DNA of 64,000 nucleotides from Pseudovirgaria hyperparasitica (Eukaryota): assembly GCA_010093815.1 (NCBI GenBank), contig ML996577.1, one strand, 5' to 3'. The notes beneath the pieces are model-generated. The model ran no database searches, was not told the origin of the DNA, and worked only from the letters and a program-made list of their open reading frames with translations. The stretch's first letter is position 1, and each line of letters opens with the position of its first letter. The position numbers and the translations under genes are program-made. This document shows positions 1 through 12,388 of this stretch, in pieces.

Positions 1-190
1 CAAGGAACTCTTAAAGGCTGTTCCTATCTCGAAGGATGAATCATCGGGGTGGAATTGCCAAGACTGGAGTCTGCAAGCTTTAGCATCGCTTCGGGAAGAA
101 GGATTTGTGGACGACACATATAGTGATGCTGCACTAAGGTATTGGCTTCGGGAAGAGGACGTTTAGGCGTGTAGTTGCATTTCCATTAAG

Positions 191-928
191 CTAGAATTGT
201 TGAAGGATATCTTCGACCTGTAATTCGGTTGGATAAGGTTCTAGGACATGGTCCATCACACATTTCCAACGAAGGCTGAGTCTGTCTCCGAATAACGATT
301 TAGTGTACTCCCAGAATGCAGGCCGCCAGCCAGCCATCTCCCAATCGATAATTCCAGTGACATGCCCTGACGCCGGTTCAACAAGTATGTTTTCGTCGCT
401 TAGATCCGCATGAGAGAAGGTGATTTTGTAATCGTTCGAGAGTTTTTGTCGATATAACGTCGCTAGTTCAGGCTTAGGGCATCTTAGGATTGGAGCCACG
501 AGAAAGTCATTGAACTCCGATACTGAGCCGAAAGGACCGCATGGCATACCATTGTTCAGGCGATGATCAAGTACTTCCCCACCCATACAAGATCCGATAT
601 AACCAGGGTTTGGTGCTTGAAGTGCACGTAGTTGTCGAATGTAATCGCGAATCTCGTTTTGAGCCGTTGTCTTTGCATCTTCGCCCATGCTGTCCCATGC
701 CGTAGATAAAGGTTCCCCTTCGATGGCATGCATAGTAAACCAACCGCGAGATCCTTGGATGTGGCTTTCGACGACTGTAGGCACTGGAATGGCTGTATGG
801 CGTCGGACAAAGAATATTGCGTCCACCTCTCTTTGTATGTCATGGCTCCTTCCAGATTTAATGTAAAGGTGCTTGTTCTTCCTCCGAGTGCGTGGAGGAA
901 ACAACGTCATGCGCCTCGGCAACTCCAT
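191..928 (-). CDS. Aminoglycoside phosphotransferase/choline-kinase-like (APH family) protein
   Basis: Intronless 245-aa ORF with IPVP, the Brenner-type HADLSDENILV motif, and IIDWEMAGWRP. Confidence 0.85.
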   Translation of the reverse strand: MELPRRMTLFPPRTRRKNKHLYIKSGRSHDIQREVDAIFFVRRHTAIPVPTVVESHIQGSRGWFTMHAIEGEPLSTAWDSMGEDAKTTAQNEIRDYIRQLRALQAPNPGYIGSCMGGEVLDHRLNNGMPCGPFGSVSEFNDFLVAPILRCPKPELATLYRQKLSNDYKITFSHADLSDENILVEPASGHVTGIIDWEMAGWRPAFWEYTKSLFGDRLSLRWKCVMDHVLEPYPTELQVEDILQQF

Positions 929-1038
929 GGATTGATGCGTACACGAAGCTATGGGAGAGGATCTCTGAGGCGTCTGGACAAACTTGTTTGAGAGGTGTGA
1001 TCTGGTGAATGCGCGACCAATAGAACTACGCCTTCCGG

Positions 1039-1548
1039 ATCCGTCGTTTTCCTAGAACCTGAGTCGCTTGGCATTTTTCAATTTCACGCGTGTGTTCTAA
1101 CACCCTAATTAGATAGTTATTTTACCTCTTTACCTCTATATAAGGGTCTATATATAATAATATCTATAGAGACTTATCGAGTAGAGTAAGGCGATTAATC
1201 CTATATACTTTTTAAGCTCTATACTCTCTAATTTACTCTATAATAAGAGGGTCTAGTTTCTTAGAGAAGAGGACGAAGGTAGTTTTTCTAGAACCTAATA
1301 CGGTTTTCATACGGCCCTCTTCTAAGAACTTTTTAAGATCCTTCTTTATCTCTTTAAAAGAACTTTATAAGAATAAAATAAACTTATAGAGGAATAGAGG
1401 TATATCTAATTAATTATTATATCTACTTTTTAAAGCTCTTAAATACTTAGAATAGCTATAAAAGTAGAAAGAGCTCTAGGTATAAAGATTAGGGAGAGAA
1501 CACGCGCGTGCTAGTGCTAGTGACTTAGGTTCTAGGAAAACGACGGAT
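1039..1548. mobile_element. Non-autonomous TIR element (MITE-like), RIP-degraded
   Basis: ATCCGTCGTTTTCCTAGAACCT at 1039 is the exact reverse complement of 1527-1548. A further subterminal match is CACGCGTGTGTTCT versus AGAACACGCGCGTG. The interior is very AT/TpA-rich with no ORF. Confidence 0.8.
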
Positions 1549-2369
1549 AAAATGTTCGTCCGTTATACGTAAAATCGAGAGCAAGAATGGAATGCAGAGA
1601 ATTCGCTTTGAACACAACATAGATAATATAATAGTATATGTAGACAGTTCGCTATTTAGTCTGATCTACTAACAAAAACGATCTAGATAAATCCAGCTAT
1701 ATAGACACTTGAAGGAAATCTACATAATATTAATTCAAGTCAAAGACTTACTAGTAACTTGATCTAATAGAAAGGCTTAATCCCATGTAATGAAACCCTT
1801 TCAAAAAAATTACATTTCAGATATATATTTACTGGTCAACTACAAATACAGTCTCAATCCCCCTGGGTTGTATACAATCATATCCGCCGACCTCTAGAGG
1901 AGCTCCATAGATAACTATAAGTTGCCTCCTATAGACTCACAGGCGCTAGCCGCAGCCATTGACAAGAACTTGCGCACAATGCGAGATGCTTCCAGCGCTC
2001 ATCAGTACCGCCGACCGTCTCACCGCTGACTGTTAGCCTCCCACCCACGAGGCTACACAAATGCTGTTCCAGCCTACCCAAGGTCTCGACTGGTCTCGCA
2101 CGATGGTATCCAGCATCTAGGAATGCCTTCTCATAGTCCTCATCTCGAAAAGTGGAATGGTCGTACAGATACCTCAGCCAGGGTACAGACTTCAGACCGC
2201 CTGTAGCGTTTACAGATCGACCAGGGACAAGTGCGTACGAGTTCCGCCATTCGGTGTAGAGGAGGTGATCGGAAAAACCGTTTTTGAACGTCTGCTGGAA
2301 GGCGACAGATTCAGTGAAAGGGAGTTCAGTGAGTCGAGACTCAAGAAACTTCGCTGTGCTGGGTCAGTC

Positions 2370-2675
2370 TCATGGTCCGGGTGCAACCTCAAAAGTCCTA
2401 TACAAACCAAACTGGAAGTCGTAGTTTATCAGTCGGATGTCGCAAAATATAGCATGGAACAGAGCGGGATGGGGGTCATAGTCGTTGAGCAGGCCATCAA
2501 TGTCGATAACTTTACTGAGGCCTTCGAGATTCCTCAAGATGTACTTCCACAGGGAGACGTCCCTGTGGTCGAATTCGTCCCCATCGAACATGCAAAGCTC
2601 TTGGAGAGCGGAGTGCCACTCTTGTGAAAGGCCGATCTGTGCCATATCTTTAATATCCTTCCATGGCTTGGCCAT
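2370..2675 (-). pseudogene. Possible gene fragment of unknown function
   Basis: Protein-like 101-aa ORF followed by further open stretches in other frames; no motif recognised. Confidence 0.2.
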
Positions 2676-3576
2676 ACCTGGCAGTGCTGCGATGGCTCTT
2701 CGGGCAGTGCGATAGGATAATCAAACGAGCTTCCTCAAGTGGCGAGTGCAGATCAAACGGTATATAAGATTAGTCTCTAAATCAAGCCGGTAGTGCTTTG
2801 TATAGACCGTGTTTGGTTACAGTAGAGCTGTTCTTCGGGCACGTTAGAGCCACACGACCCAAGATTTTCGGCGTCGCCGTCACTGCCACATATGTCATCT
2901 TTTGGCTTAGGATAGGGTCAACAGAGCTGGCTTTCAAGCTTGATGAGACTCTGAAGTTCCCTTACAAATGGTCTTGACCGAACGAGGCGGTGACAGCTGA
3001 GACCCAATTCAGGGTGAAGCATTTCCAATTGTGCATCGATGATATGTTAGTGGACTAAGCGTTGAGAACACAGCCAGCCACGCCAGATTGTATGGCATAC
3101 AGAGCGTGTCCAGACGATACTGCGGTGAATTAAACCGCCTTTGTTCAAACCGGACTGTATCCATGTCTATCTGCGCAGGAGATCCGTACACTCGAAGAGT
3201 ATGGGAACGCTCCTGGACTGGCTACAAGCAGATTGCGCGACTGAGTAATGCTGCATATCGAGCTGAAAAAAGCTTTGCGAAGCGCATTTAACGTGAGCTG
3301 AAACTAAGTTGGGAATAAATGACGGAGGTGGACTGGTTCTAGTTGGTGGAGTTGCGCTAGGTAGGCTTTGTTGATGCCTCAGGCATGATTAACAAGTCCG
3401 AGCTTTCTGTACTTATGTTTCATCTCCAGCATTAGCACACACACACCCCCGACGTACTAACCTAGACACACCAGCTACACATCAGCTCTCCAAGTTCTTG
3501 ACGAAGCCGTCTCTAATTATAGAGATAATAATCTGTTCGTCGTTCAGCTTCGATCTAAGCAGCGAGCTCGCTCATC

Positions 3577-4455
3577 ATGTCTTCGTATCTTTCTAATCTG
3601 CTCACGAACACTACGTCCCGATACAACTCTCTTCGCCGGACGTTACTTGAGAGCGAAGCTGACGGCGATACCGAAGATGACACACATATCTGCCGAGTAC
3701 TTCGAGCATACTACCTTGAGAAAGGAAAGCCATTTCCTCAGTGGCTGCCACCAGACCCAAAAGCACCCCAAGCAATGCCTACACAATTCGTTACATCAGG
3801 CCGCACGCAAGCTGCAGCTGGTGGAAGAGGTGGGGGTCTCAGTGATCTTTGGGATGGACCACAGCAATCTCAACCTCCGCAAGAGCAAGCATCTCTCCGG
3901 AGAGGAGCTGCCACTCGCGGTGGGGCGGCAGGTCGAACGTTACAACCGCCAGGACGGCCTTCGATGGTAGACTCGTATTCCGAGCAACGGCCCCTGCCTA
4001 GTCAAAGAGCAGGAAGTTACCAAAGCCAAATGTCCCAGAATCGCGCAGATATGAATGCCTCACCAGCCCCAAGCGGCGGGGGTTCCGCCCAAGAAAGACT
4101 AAAGGCAAGACTCTGGGGTTCCGGTAGGTCTACCAGCCCAGCACCAAGCACAGCATCCAGCCAAAGCTCTGCGTCGAATCCTAGCTTCAGTCAGGCGGGT
4201 GCACAGGTCGCATTTGATCGTGGTAACAGCTACTCTTCTGCACAGTCGGATCGGAACAACAGCTACGGTTCAGCCAGTGGAGGCGGGCGAAGCGGTGGTG
4301 GGAATCCATACGTCTCTGCGAACTCTCCCTGGGCTGGAGGTGACGACAACTATGGTGGAGGTGCCTACGACAACAGCGGACGTTCATATGGTGCTCCACA
4401 AAGACCTCCAGGTAATGGCAGGAGTGGGCTGCCAAGCGGACCCCGAATGCGATGA
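3577..4455 (+). CDS. MSO1: Mso1-like Sec1-binding exocytosis protein
   Basis: N-terminal EADGDTEDDTHICRVLRAYY..KGKPFPQWL is the Mso1 Sec1-binding region, followed by a low-complexity Gly/Ser tail. Confidence 0.8.
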   Translation: MSSYLSNLLTNTTSRYNSLRRTLLESEADGDTEDDTHICRVLRAYYLEKGKPFPQWLPPDPKAPQAMPTQFVTSGRTQAAAGGRGGGLSDLWDGPQQSQPPQEQASLRRGAATRGGAAGRTLQPPGRPSMVDSYSEQRPLPSQRAGSYQSQMSQNRADMNASPAPSGGGSAQERLKARLWGSGRSTSPAPSTASSQSSASNPSFSQAGAQVAFDRGNSYSSAQSDRNNSYGSASGGGRSGGGNPYVSANSPWAGGDDNYGGGAYDNSGRSYGAPQRPPGNGRSGLPSGPRMR

Positions 4456-5128
4456 GCACGACTGTGTGCCGACTTGCTACCTGCGTCTCATGGGCTACAA
4501 TATGAGACTTCTTACGTTTATATATGCATATGATTTGCTGCTGAGGGATGGTGTTTGGGTCATGATATCCTCTTCTAGGTACTGGACGACTGTAAGGCGT
4601 TGAAGGCAAGTGATTAAACTCCGACTTGAATGGTCATAATGCTGAAGATTCAATCGTGTGCACCTCATAGTGCTGCTGATACTGTTGGCAGTATTCTACC
4701 TTGGTTTGCCTAAGTGAAGCAACCTGCCATGCCTATACCATTCACGGTCAACGATGCGAAGATCTCATGGACGCGTACGCATGCTAATGCACTACACTTC
4801 ATATCCGCATCCGTATTGGCCTTGATACCTGACACATCAGGCTCCACCATGCAAGCTTCCGCGCCTGCGCCATCGCTAAACCCCGCGTGTTCTGCCCGCG
4901 TCGTCATCTTTCCAAGACAGACAGACCTCCATGACCATGTTCCATGTTCCATGTTTGTGCATGTGGTCCTGTTCCTCTTTGTGATGTGACTCCAGACTTC
5001 CTATTACTTCCTATCCACTTTTCTACCAAACTCACATCGTCAGTTCAGATCTTAACCTTCGACCTTCGTGACTCCACCTCCCTACCTTAACAACCTGAGC
5101 AGGCTTCTCTGTGCTTGCCACACCCATC

Positions 5129-7772
5129 ATGACTGCTCAACCCACCCCTCGTGGGCCGCCTTCTCCTACAGCGTCCTTTTACGATCTCAGCGACGATGAA
5201 GAGGGCGAGTACAATACCATAAGACACTCTAGCAGCGGTAAGGGTGTCAAGCTTCTATATACTAAAAGCAAAGTATGTATACTTGCTTTATACATTCGCG
5301 CTGTGTTGATCGCATGTTATAGGTCTACGTGCACCCAACACCTTCGGCCAAAGACAATATCCCAGGCTTCATTGCCCTAGTACAACAGAAAGCAGCAATC
5401 TCCAATGATGCCAGACCACCTTCATCGTCATCTGCCAAGCCCACCACGTCCTCCTCACTGCTTCTCGCCTGGATGCCCGAGTCATCCCTCGGCGATGCCT
5501 ACGATACTTATGTCAAAGTTGACCTTTCTGACTCTGCCTCGCCTCCACGACAATCTTACCTTGTTCCTCCTCCCCCTACAACCACAGCCCATGGCCATGC
5601 CGTAGGTGCATACGCTTTTGCAGTTCCTGTCAGCGAAGTCTATTCGTTACTGATTCGACCACCGAGTATTGGGTGGTACTTTGGTAGTGTGGTTATAAAT
5701 ACAAGGGCTGGTGATAGTTTTCCGGCACTCTTCTTTCATGACAGTGAGTGCCAGTCAACAATCATGCAGCGGAAGAAGCTGGCAAAAGAGAGCTTTGACC
5801 CCTTTGGTGATGGCGGCGGGATGTTTTGGGGAGGAGACGAAGTGCTTCGGTGGCTTAAACGCTACGTTGCCGTAGAACGTTCCGCGGATCCGAGCACATT
5901 CCTGATCGCCCCTTCAGATGAGGACAAAGTATCGTTTGGGAGTAAGAGCCCAGCGATGAAGAAAAGAGAGCAGGAAGAAGCTAGTTCGTCCTCGGCACAG
6001 CAAAAGAGGGATGGAGGCATGGATGGTCTAACGAAGACGCTCAAGGAGGCGCGGTGGAACTTTTTGGAAAAGCTCAGCCAGGTCACTACTTTCACGCGGC
6101 GGACAGCAGAAGCGGTTGCAGAAAGTAAGAATATCCCGCCTCAAGTGCGGAGACTTCTCAAGAACCCGGAAGTGCAGACTCTGCAAGATGAGTTTGACAG
6201 TGCTAGAATCTATCTAGCGCGATGGGCCATGGGTATAGCCGAGCAGAGTGAAAGGGAGCGCACCCAAAGAATATGGACCGCGAAAGATGTGTTGGAGATG
6301 GAAGACAGTGAGGTGGGAGAATTTGAGATATTAGACGTAGAATCCAGTGCTGCAGCTGCCGAGAAGAGGAAGCCCGTTACCATGAAAGAGTGGAAAGGTT
6401 TTTTCGATTCGAAGGGCACACTACAGGTCACACCGGACGAGGTTAAGGAGCGCATATTTCATGGCGGACTGGATCTCAATGACGGAGTTCGAAAAGAGGC
6501 TTGGTTATTCATCCTCGGAGTCTACAATTGGGACAGCGACTCCGAAGAGCGTCAGGCCTATATGAATAGTCGAAGGGACGAATACATCAGGCTCAAAGGC
6601 GCCTGGTGGGAACGCATGATAGAGGGCCACAGCACACCAGAAGAGAACGAATATTGGAAGGATCAGAAGAATCGTATAGGTACGCAGCTTTTCACCGTGT
6701 AAAGTGTTGACCAAGGCTGACTATGTCCCATTCTTTGGGGTTCGCGCTGTAGAGAAAGATGTGCACCGAACAGATCGCCATATTCCCATATTCGAGGGCG
6801 AGGACATACCTCACCCTGACCCTGACTCGCCTTTTGCAGAGACTGGTACTAATGTTCATCTTGAACAAATGAAAGATATGCTCTTGACATATAACGAGTA
6901 TAATAAAGACCTTGGCTACGTACAGGGTATGAGTGATCTGTTGGCCCCCATATATGCAGTGATGCAAGACGACGCGGTCGCTTTTTGGTGCTTTGTAAAT
7001 TTCATGGAACGCATGGCAAGTGGTTAGATTCGGGTCCCGAAACGCATACTGATATTATCTAGGAACGCAACTTTCTCCGAGACCAGTCCGGTATGCGCAA
7101 GCAATTAATGACGCTCGATCACCTGGTTCAACTTGTTGATCCAAAGCTATACCTTCACCTAGAGAAGGCGGATTCGAACAACTTTTTCTTCTTCTTCAGA
7201 ATGCTACTCGTCTGGTATAAACGTGAATTTGAATGGCTCGACGTACTACGGCTCTGGGAAGCGCTCTGGACAGACTACCTAAGCAGTAATTACCATCTCT
7301 TCGTTGCGGTCGCCATATTGGAAAAGCATCGTGATGTGATCATGCAACATCTCCAACATTTTGACGAGGTCCTGAAGTACAGTAAGTAAACTAATGAACG
7401 CTGTCTTGCTGGATGCGCTGATTTACCCCTCTAGTAAATGAGCTCTCTAATACCATGGATCTTCCAAGTACACTCGTACGAGCTGAGTCTCTTTTTCGAC
7501 GGTTTCAACGCACCGTTGAGGCAGTCGATAAGAAGCATAGCTTCCCTAGTCCTTCTGTGCGACAGCGTAAGCCTGAGGCTTCTTCGACAAGCAATGTAGG
7601 CGCCTCTTCGGGGACATCTAGTGGAAGAACTCCAGCGAATGGGACCAAGCCCAGCACAGGTGCCGAGAAAGAAAGAGTGATAAGCCCGGAATTGAGAGGT
7701 CTGCTCAGCCGCAAGGTTGAAAAATTAAACAAGGAGGAGATACAAGCTCACGGAGGCGGAGTTGGACCTTAG
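5129..7772 (+). CDS. GYP7: Rab GTPase-activating protein (TBC domain), Gyp7/TBC1D15 type; multi-exon
   Basis: GVKLLYTKSK|VYVHPTPSAKDNIPG, FPALFFHD, VRKEAWLF, EKDVHRTDR, GYVQGMSDLLAP and FFFFRMLLVWYKREF. Introns at about 5273-5322, 6679-6752, 7016-7062 (GC-AG) and 7383-7434. Confidence 0.93.
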
Positions 7773-8270
7773 TGAGATTATTGATTCAAGGCGTTGACAC
7801 GAACTGGTGAATGTGGCGCATGGGAAGGAGACACAAGCAATTTCTTCTAGGCTACCAGGGACAAAATCCAGGTGATGTTCATTTATTTGCTCCTCCTGAG
7901 CCTAGTATTCAATCTGAACCTGCAAAATTACCGATGTCACAACGCCAAAAGATATCGTCGTTAGTCGGATAAAGCAGGTAGAAACCGGGTGGAGAATGCG
8001 ATCTTGACTTATCAAACAAAATAGTTGACATCCCATTGACAGGCCAAGTGCCTGTACTGCGAAAGATCTCCACGTTCTGGCCACAACAAAGCTAGCCCTG
8101 GTGATTGGCTCCGAGCACGGAACCCGTATTAACAGTGACCTACTAGTCATCACACACTTTCACGCACTTTAGCCCTCACTCTCTGCCCTCGTTTCTCTTC
8201 ACACACCGCAAATTTTCCACGACTATTCCCTGCTAGAAGACTTGCTTGCAGCTACCGAACATCGCACGAC

Positions 8271-9938
8271 ATGTATCAATCCCATCAAAGCTGGGATCAT
8301 CCCGAACATCATCAAACATGGGGCTGGGGCAACAATGAGCGATACCCAAGTACTGAACAGTCGTGGTATCAGGACAACCCTAATTATCAGACTAGCACAA
8401 CGTCTAAACACAGACGAGCAGGATGGTCTTCGATGCCATTTTCGACACTTCCTGGTCTCTATCGCGCTCTGAATTCAGACTTGATTCCTGAAACCGAGTA
8501 CTCATCACTCCGCAACGCCTCAAGCGAAATCCTTTCCAAATGCACCGACAATGATAGTTCGGTACATGTCTACCATATCACGGGTAGTAAGGATGAGCTT
8601 TTGCTTGTCCATGCGGTTATACAGCGACTGCTCTCAGAAGAACAGAAGGAAAGTAGTCCGACGCTCGTTGTGGTCGCTGAAGATCTTAAGAATGCCAGCA
8701 CAGATCCAGCCAGAGACGTACGCGACTTACTGAAACTCGCCACTGGCAAGGGTGAATTGAAGCTGTCAGAGTCGGTCTATAGCTATGAACAAGTCGTTTT
8801 AATCGTCAACAAGGCTGGTCGACCGCCATCGGGCCACCACCTCAAGAATCCGCAAAGTGAAGCATTTCAAACCTGGCGCTCTGCTCAGAAGACTGCTATG
8901 GATTCTGTCACCTCAGCGATACTGGGCATAAAGCAGACGACAGGCCGGGAGAAAGTAGTATGGCATGATGGAGCATACCTTCCAATGCTCATGTATATGC
9001 TCGAATGCGAATCACGATATTCTCAAGTCAAGTACACCGCTGTCACCATTAACGGCGTATATGAGCTCACCGACAAGCATGTCGCTCCGATCAATTCCAC
9101 CGTCAGCGAACAAATCAACTTCATCACTGCCTCCGCAAAGAAGCTGAACTGTCCTATAGTTCTTATTCACAGCTCCGTTCTCGGTCTGAAGAATTTGAAA
9201 TGGCTGTACCACATGCCAACGCTGTCATCTGTGTGGCCGATCCTTCTACCTGCCTCCTCCTGGAACGAAGACATAAAGCATATGTTGAACGGTATTACTA
9301 CCTCCGTCTTTCGGCTACGTGCCAGTCTCTACGGCTACACTGGCTCGCGCGTCTCCGCCCTCGCCATGGCAGAACTCAACAAAGTCCGCGAAACAAGTAA
9401 GCAATGGGCCAAAGAAGTCCTACTACCTTCCTCCTACACCCCGGACGTCTGCGCCGGCGATGACGCACTCCGCAAGATGCACTTCACCAACAAGCTCTGT
9501 GACATGCCGCTCATGGAGAGCTGCACAAATCTCTTCACCCTGCTCGTCAGCGCGCGCGGCCCTCGCTCCGAGGTGCACGCCGTCAGGTGTGCGTTGTCCA
9601 ACGACAACAAGGCGCTCGCCCTCAGCGCCAACGGGATCGTGTACATCCTGAAGCCCGGCAAGAACGGGCACAAGGCCCTCGAGGCCAGTTTCCTGCGGTA
9701 CTGGGGGAACTTTCTGGCCGCGCGTGGCAGGCGTGGCGATGTTCCTTCGGTGCCGCGGGGGCTGGCGCTGGCGTGGCGGGACTTGGTTGGGGTGCTGGAG
9801 GGCCAGATCAAGGCCATGAAGAGTGATCAGAGGACGAGGCGGTGGAGCACCGACGACAAGAAGGCGGTGGAGGAGGCGTTGGGGGCGTTGAGGGAGGGGG
9901 GCATGACGAGGTTGTGCAAGCGGGCTCTGAGCTCGTAG
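8271..9938 (+). CDS. Hypothetical protein (555 aa)
   Basis: Long uninterrupted ORF preceded by a CT-rich 5' region; no family recognised. Confidence 0.7.
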   Translation: MYQSHQSWDHPEHHQTWGWGNNERYPSTEQSWYQDNPNYQTSTTSKHRRAGWSSMPFSTLPGLYRALNSDLIPETEYSSLRNASSEILSKCTDNDSSVHVYHITGSKDELLLVHAVIQRLLSEEQKESSPTLVVVAEDLKNASTDPARDVRDLLKLATGKGELKLSESVYSYEQVVLIVNKAGRPPSGHHLKNPQSEAFQTWRSAQKTAMDSVTSAILGIKQTTGREKVVWHDGAYLPMLMYMLECESRYSQVKYTAVTINGVYELTDKHVAPINSTVSEQINFITASAKKLNCPIVLIHSSVLGLKNLKWLYHMPTLSSVWPILLPASSWNEDIKHMLNGITTSVFRLRASLYGYTGSRVSALAMAELNKVRETSKQWAKEVLLPSSYTPDVCAGDDALRKMHFTNKLCDMPLMESCTNLFTLLVSARGPRSEVHAVRCALSNDNKALALSANGIVYILKPGKNGHKALEASFLRYWGNFLAARGRRGDVPSVPRGLALAWRDLVGVLEGQIKAMKSDQRTRRWSTDDKKAVEEALGALREGGMTRLCKRALSS

Positions 9939-11749
9939 AAGAGAGGGGGAAGGGGTGGGTGGAGGAGGCGGGTGAGAAAGTGTATAAATAGGAGATAGGA
10001 ACAGAGACCTTGCCGTCCAAGGAACAAGGATTTATTTCATCAAGATGTCCGTCCAGAAGTGAGCTTTGCTGTGGATACCTCATATTCGTAGAGAAACTTC
10101 CCGCCATCCTGGATTGTGTCGTGACATAAAGCTTTAGTATTCATATGGATGATGACATGAAATAGTTTTAGGTTATTCATGGCGTTATAGAGTGCTTACG
10201 GTACCTGGACTACTAGTATTCTACGCTATCATAAAGCCTATTTTGTATATATCTGACTGACCTCCTCACCTATATGTCCTGACATGACATCAATAATATA
10301 CATATCAAGCTTGATATATCGCAAATGTACCTACCTATAGAGGTACGTATACCATTGCCAAGTGCTTAATGAGTCGATTCACAATAATTAGGACCCTATA
10401 TATATGTATTAACATGACTAAGTAGAAAACAAAACCTGGCATTTTAATGAAAATGCGATGCAGATGTGAAATATGGTTTGGGATAGACTACGGCCCTTTC
10501 TGTCAATTCATCCAGATATGTAAAGATAATAATCCAACGAGGGCGTCAAATCTGTCACTACGCTTTACAAATTTAATGGAAAGGCTCAAGATGCTTTCTC
10601 CGAGCGTAGATAGGGACCGTGATCTACCATTCCAGCTTAACTAGATCGATTTTACAGATACCAATTTGCGTATTACCGAATTCACTCCTGGTACTTTTTG
10701 AATCAAGGTCGTTAGGCAATTCGACGTATATATTCTTTCAGAGGATAAGATACTACTTATTTAATTTTTACTATTCGTGTGGCAATCCAGCATCAATATA
10801 GCTCAAGAAACACCCCTACGATGTTAGATTCAGAAGCTGCTCATCGCTAGCAAAGATCCACATAGTAATGAATGTGGTTGCCCTAGCAGCTGGATATGTT
10901 ATGCTTTGGTGGGTTCGTGTGGTTAAAGCGGCATTAGCAGTTTTACTTGCGTGTTTGGCAACATTATATAATGCTAGCGGCTTGAACTACGTTCTCTTAC
11001 AGGCTCTCCTAAGCCTCCTCGGTTCTAATAGCTATCTATCGGGTTTTGCGGGCTCACTCCTGGCCAAGTGCCCTTTTTCTCCATCGGTCGTCCTCCTTCA
11101 CTAAGCGAATTGTATGGCCTTAGTAGTAGCTCCATGTGGTCAAGACCATGCTCACCCCTGTCATACTTAGATTGTACGAAGACACACGCATCGTATTGCT
11201 TGAAGCAGTTCTTTCATGGCTGACCACCATTGCGCCTGACCTTCCCCTTGCCTTAACCTTTACATCTGATGAATGTCATTGAATGATATTCATATTAACC
11301 TGCTAGGACTCAGCATTCGCTACTGATCAAATGTTGCCCGACAGTAAAGAAGAATGAAGGCGATGCAAGGTAGCCGCTCTGAGATTGCTCGGGCGCTAAA
11401 AGGGTAGGTATAGAGTATCGAACAACTCAGAAGAGTATGCGTGACTTAGGCGATAGCGTTCGTCCATTGACTAGAGAGAGATGCAACACGGAAGTGCGAG
11501 TACGTCCCCTTAAAAACAGAACATGATGAGAACTGCGGTTTAGTGCTGCGATTTAGCGTGCCAAGGCCGCAAAACTGGAGACTGCCTGTTGTGGCCTCCA
11601 AGCTTGGTCAGCATAAATTCGTCAGCTGTTGACATTTAAACATCTGAATATGGTTACACAGATATATTTATGCCTGCGCACATAAGTCCTCAAGAACTAT
11701 CGACTGGTTATTTACACTACTATTGATACAGAGGGTTTCTCAAAACGCA

Positions 11750-12208
11750 ATGGCGAGCTCAAACAAACCACAAGCCTTTAATCCCAAAACCCTTGCAGCC
11801 CCACCACCATCCTACGACCAAGTATGCATAACACCCATCCTTCCAACCAGCAAACTTATCACAATCGCGGGTCAAATCGGACGACACCCGGAGCACGACT
11901 TCAAACATAATAAAAGCCTTCTGGACCAAGCCGCGCAGGCCTACGAAAATGTTGCTAATGCCCTGGCCGCTGCCGGGGCTACTCCTCGCGACATCACTTT
12001 TGTGCGGCATTACATCGTGCAGGATTCCGGCGATGCGGAGCTGAACAAGAAAGATGTCGTAAGTAGGGGATGGGCGCCACTCTGGATCGAGTTTATGGAT
12101 TCGAAGGGTGAAGGCCATAGGCCGCCTGACACAGTTGTCGGTGTGGCTTCATTGGCAACGAAGGAGATCCTGTATGAGGTTGAGGTGGTGGCTGTGATAC
12201 ACAGTTGA
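11750..12208 (+). CDS. RidA/YjgF/YER057c family protein
   Basis: YDQV..ITIAGQIG, QAAQAYENVANALAAAGA, RPPDTVVGVASLA..ILYEVEVVA. Confidence 0.88.
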   Translation: MASSNKPQAFNPKTLAAPPPSYDQVCITPILPTSKLITIAGQIGRHPEHDFKHNKSLLDQAAQAYENVANALAAAGATPRDITFVRHYIVQDSGDAELNKKDVVSRGWAPLWIEFMDSKGEGHRPPDTVVGVASLATKEILYEVEVVAVIHS

Positions 12209-12388
12209 GAGGCGTTATAGTTTATTGCATATATGGAGGATGAGTCTTTGTTCTCATGCTCTCTCTGGCTATTTACTCAACACAAACCGTCTGTCTTGGA
12301 GTAACATGGTGACAGATATATAAACCGACTGATTGAGCCATACGAAGTCGTTCGAGTATCTAGGGGGCTCTAACAAGAAAACTTCCCA

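Noticed and set aside
2157..2627. 156-aa plus-strand ORF
   Set aside because: Probably the antisense shadow of a minus-strand gene fragment; no motif.
10140..10800. AT-rich intergenic stretch as a RIP-degraded transposon
   Set aside because: No terminal repeats or recognisable coding remnant seen.
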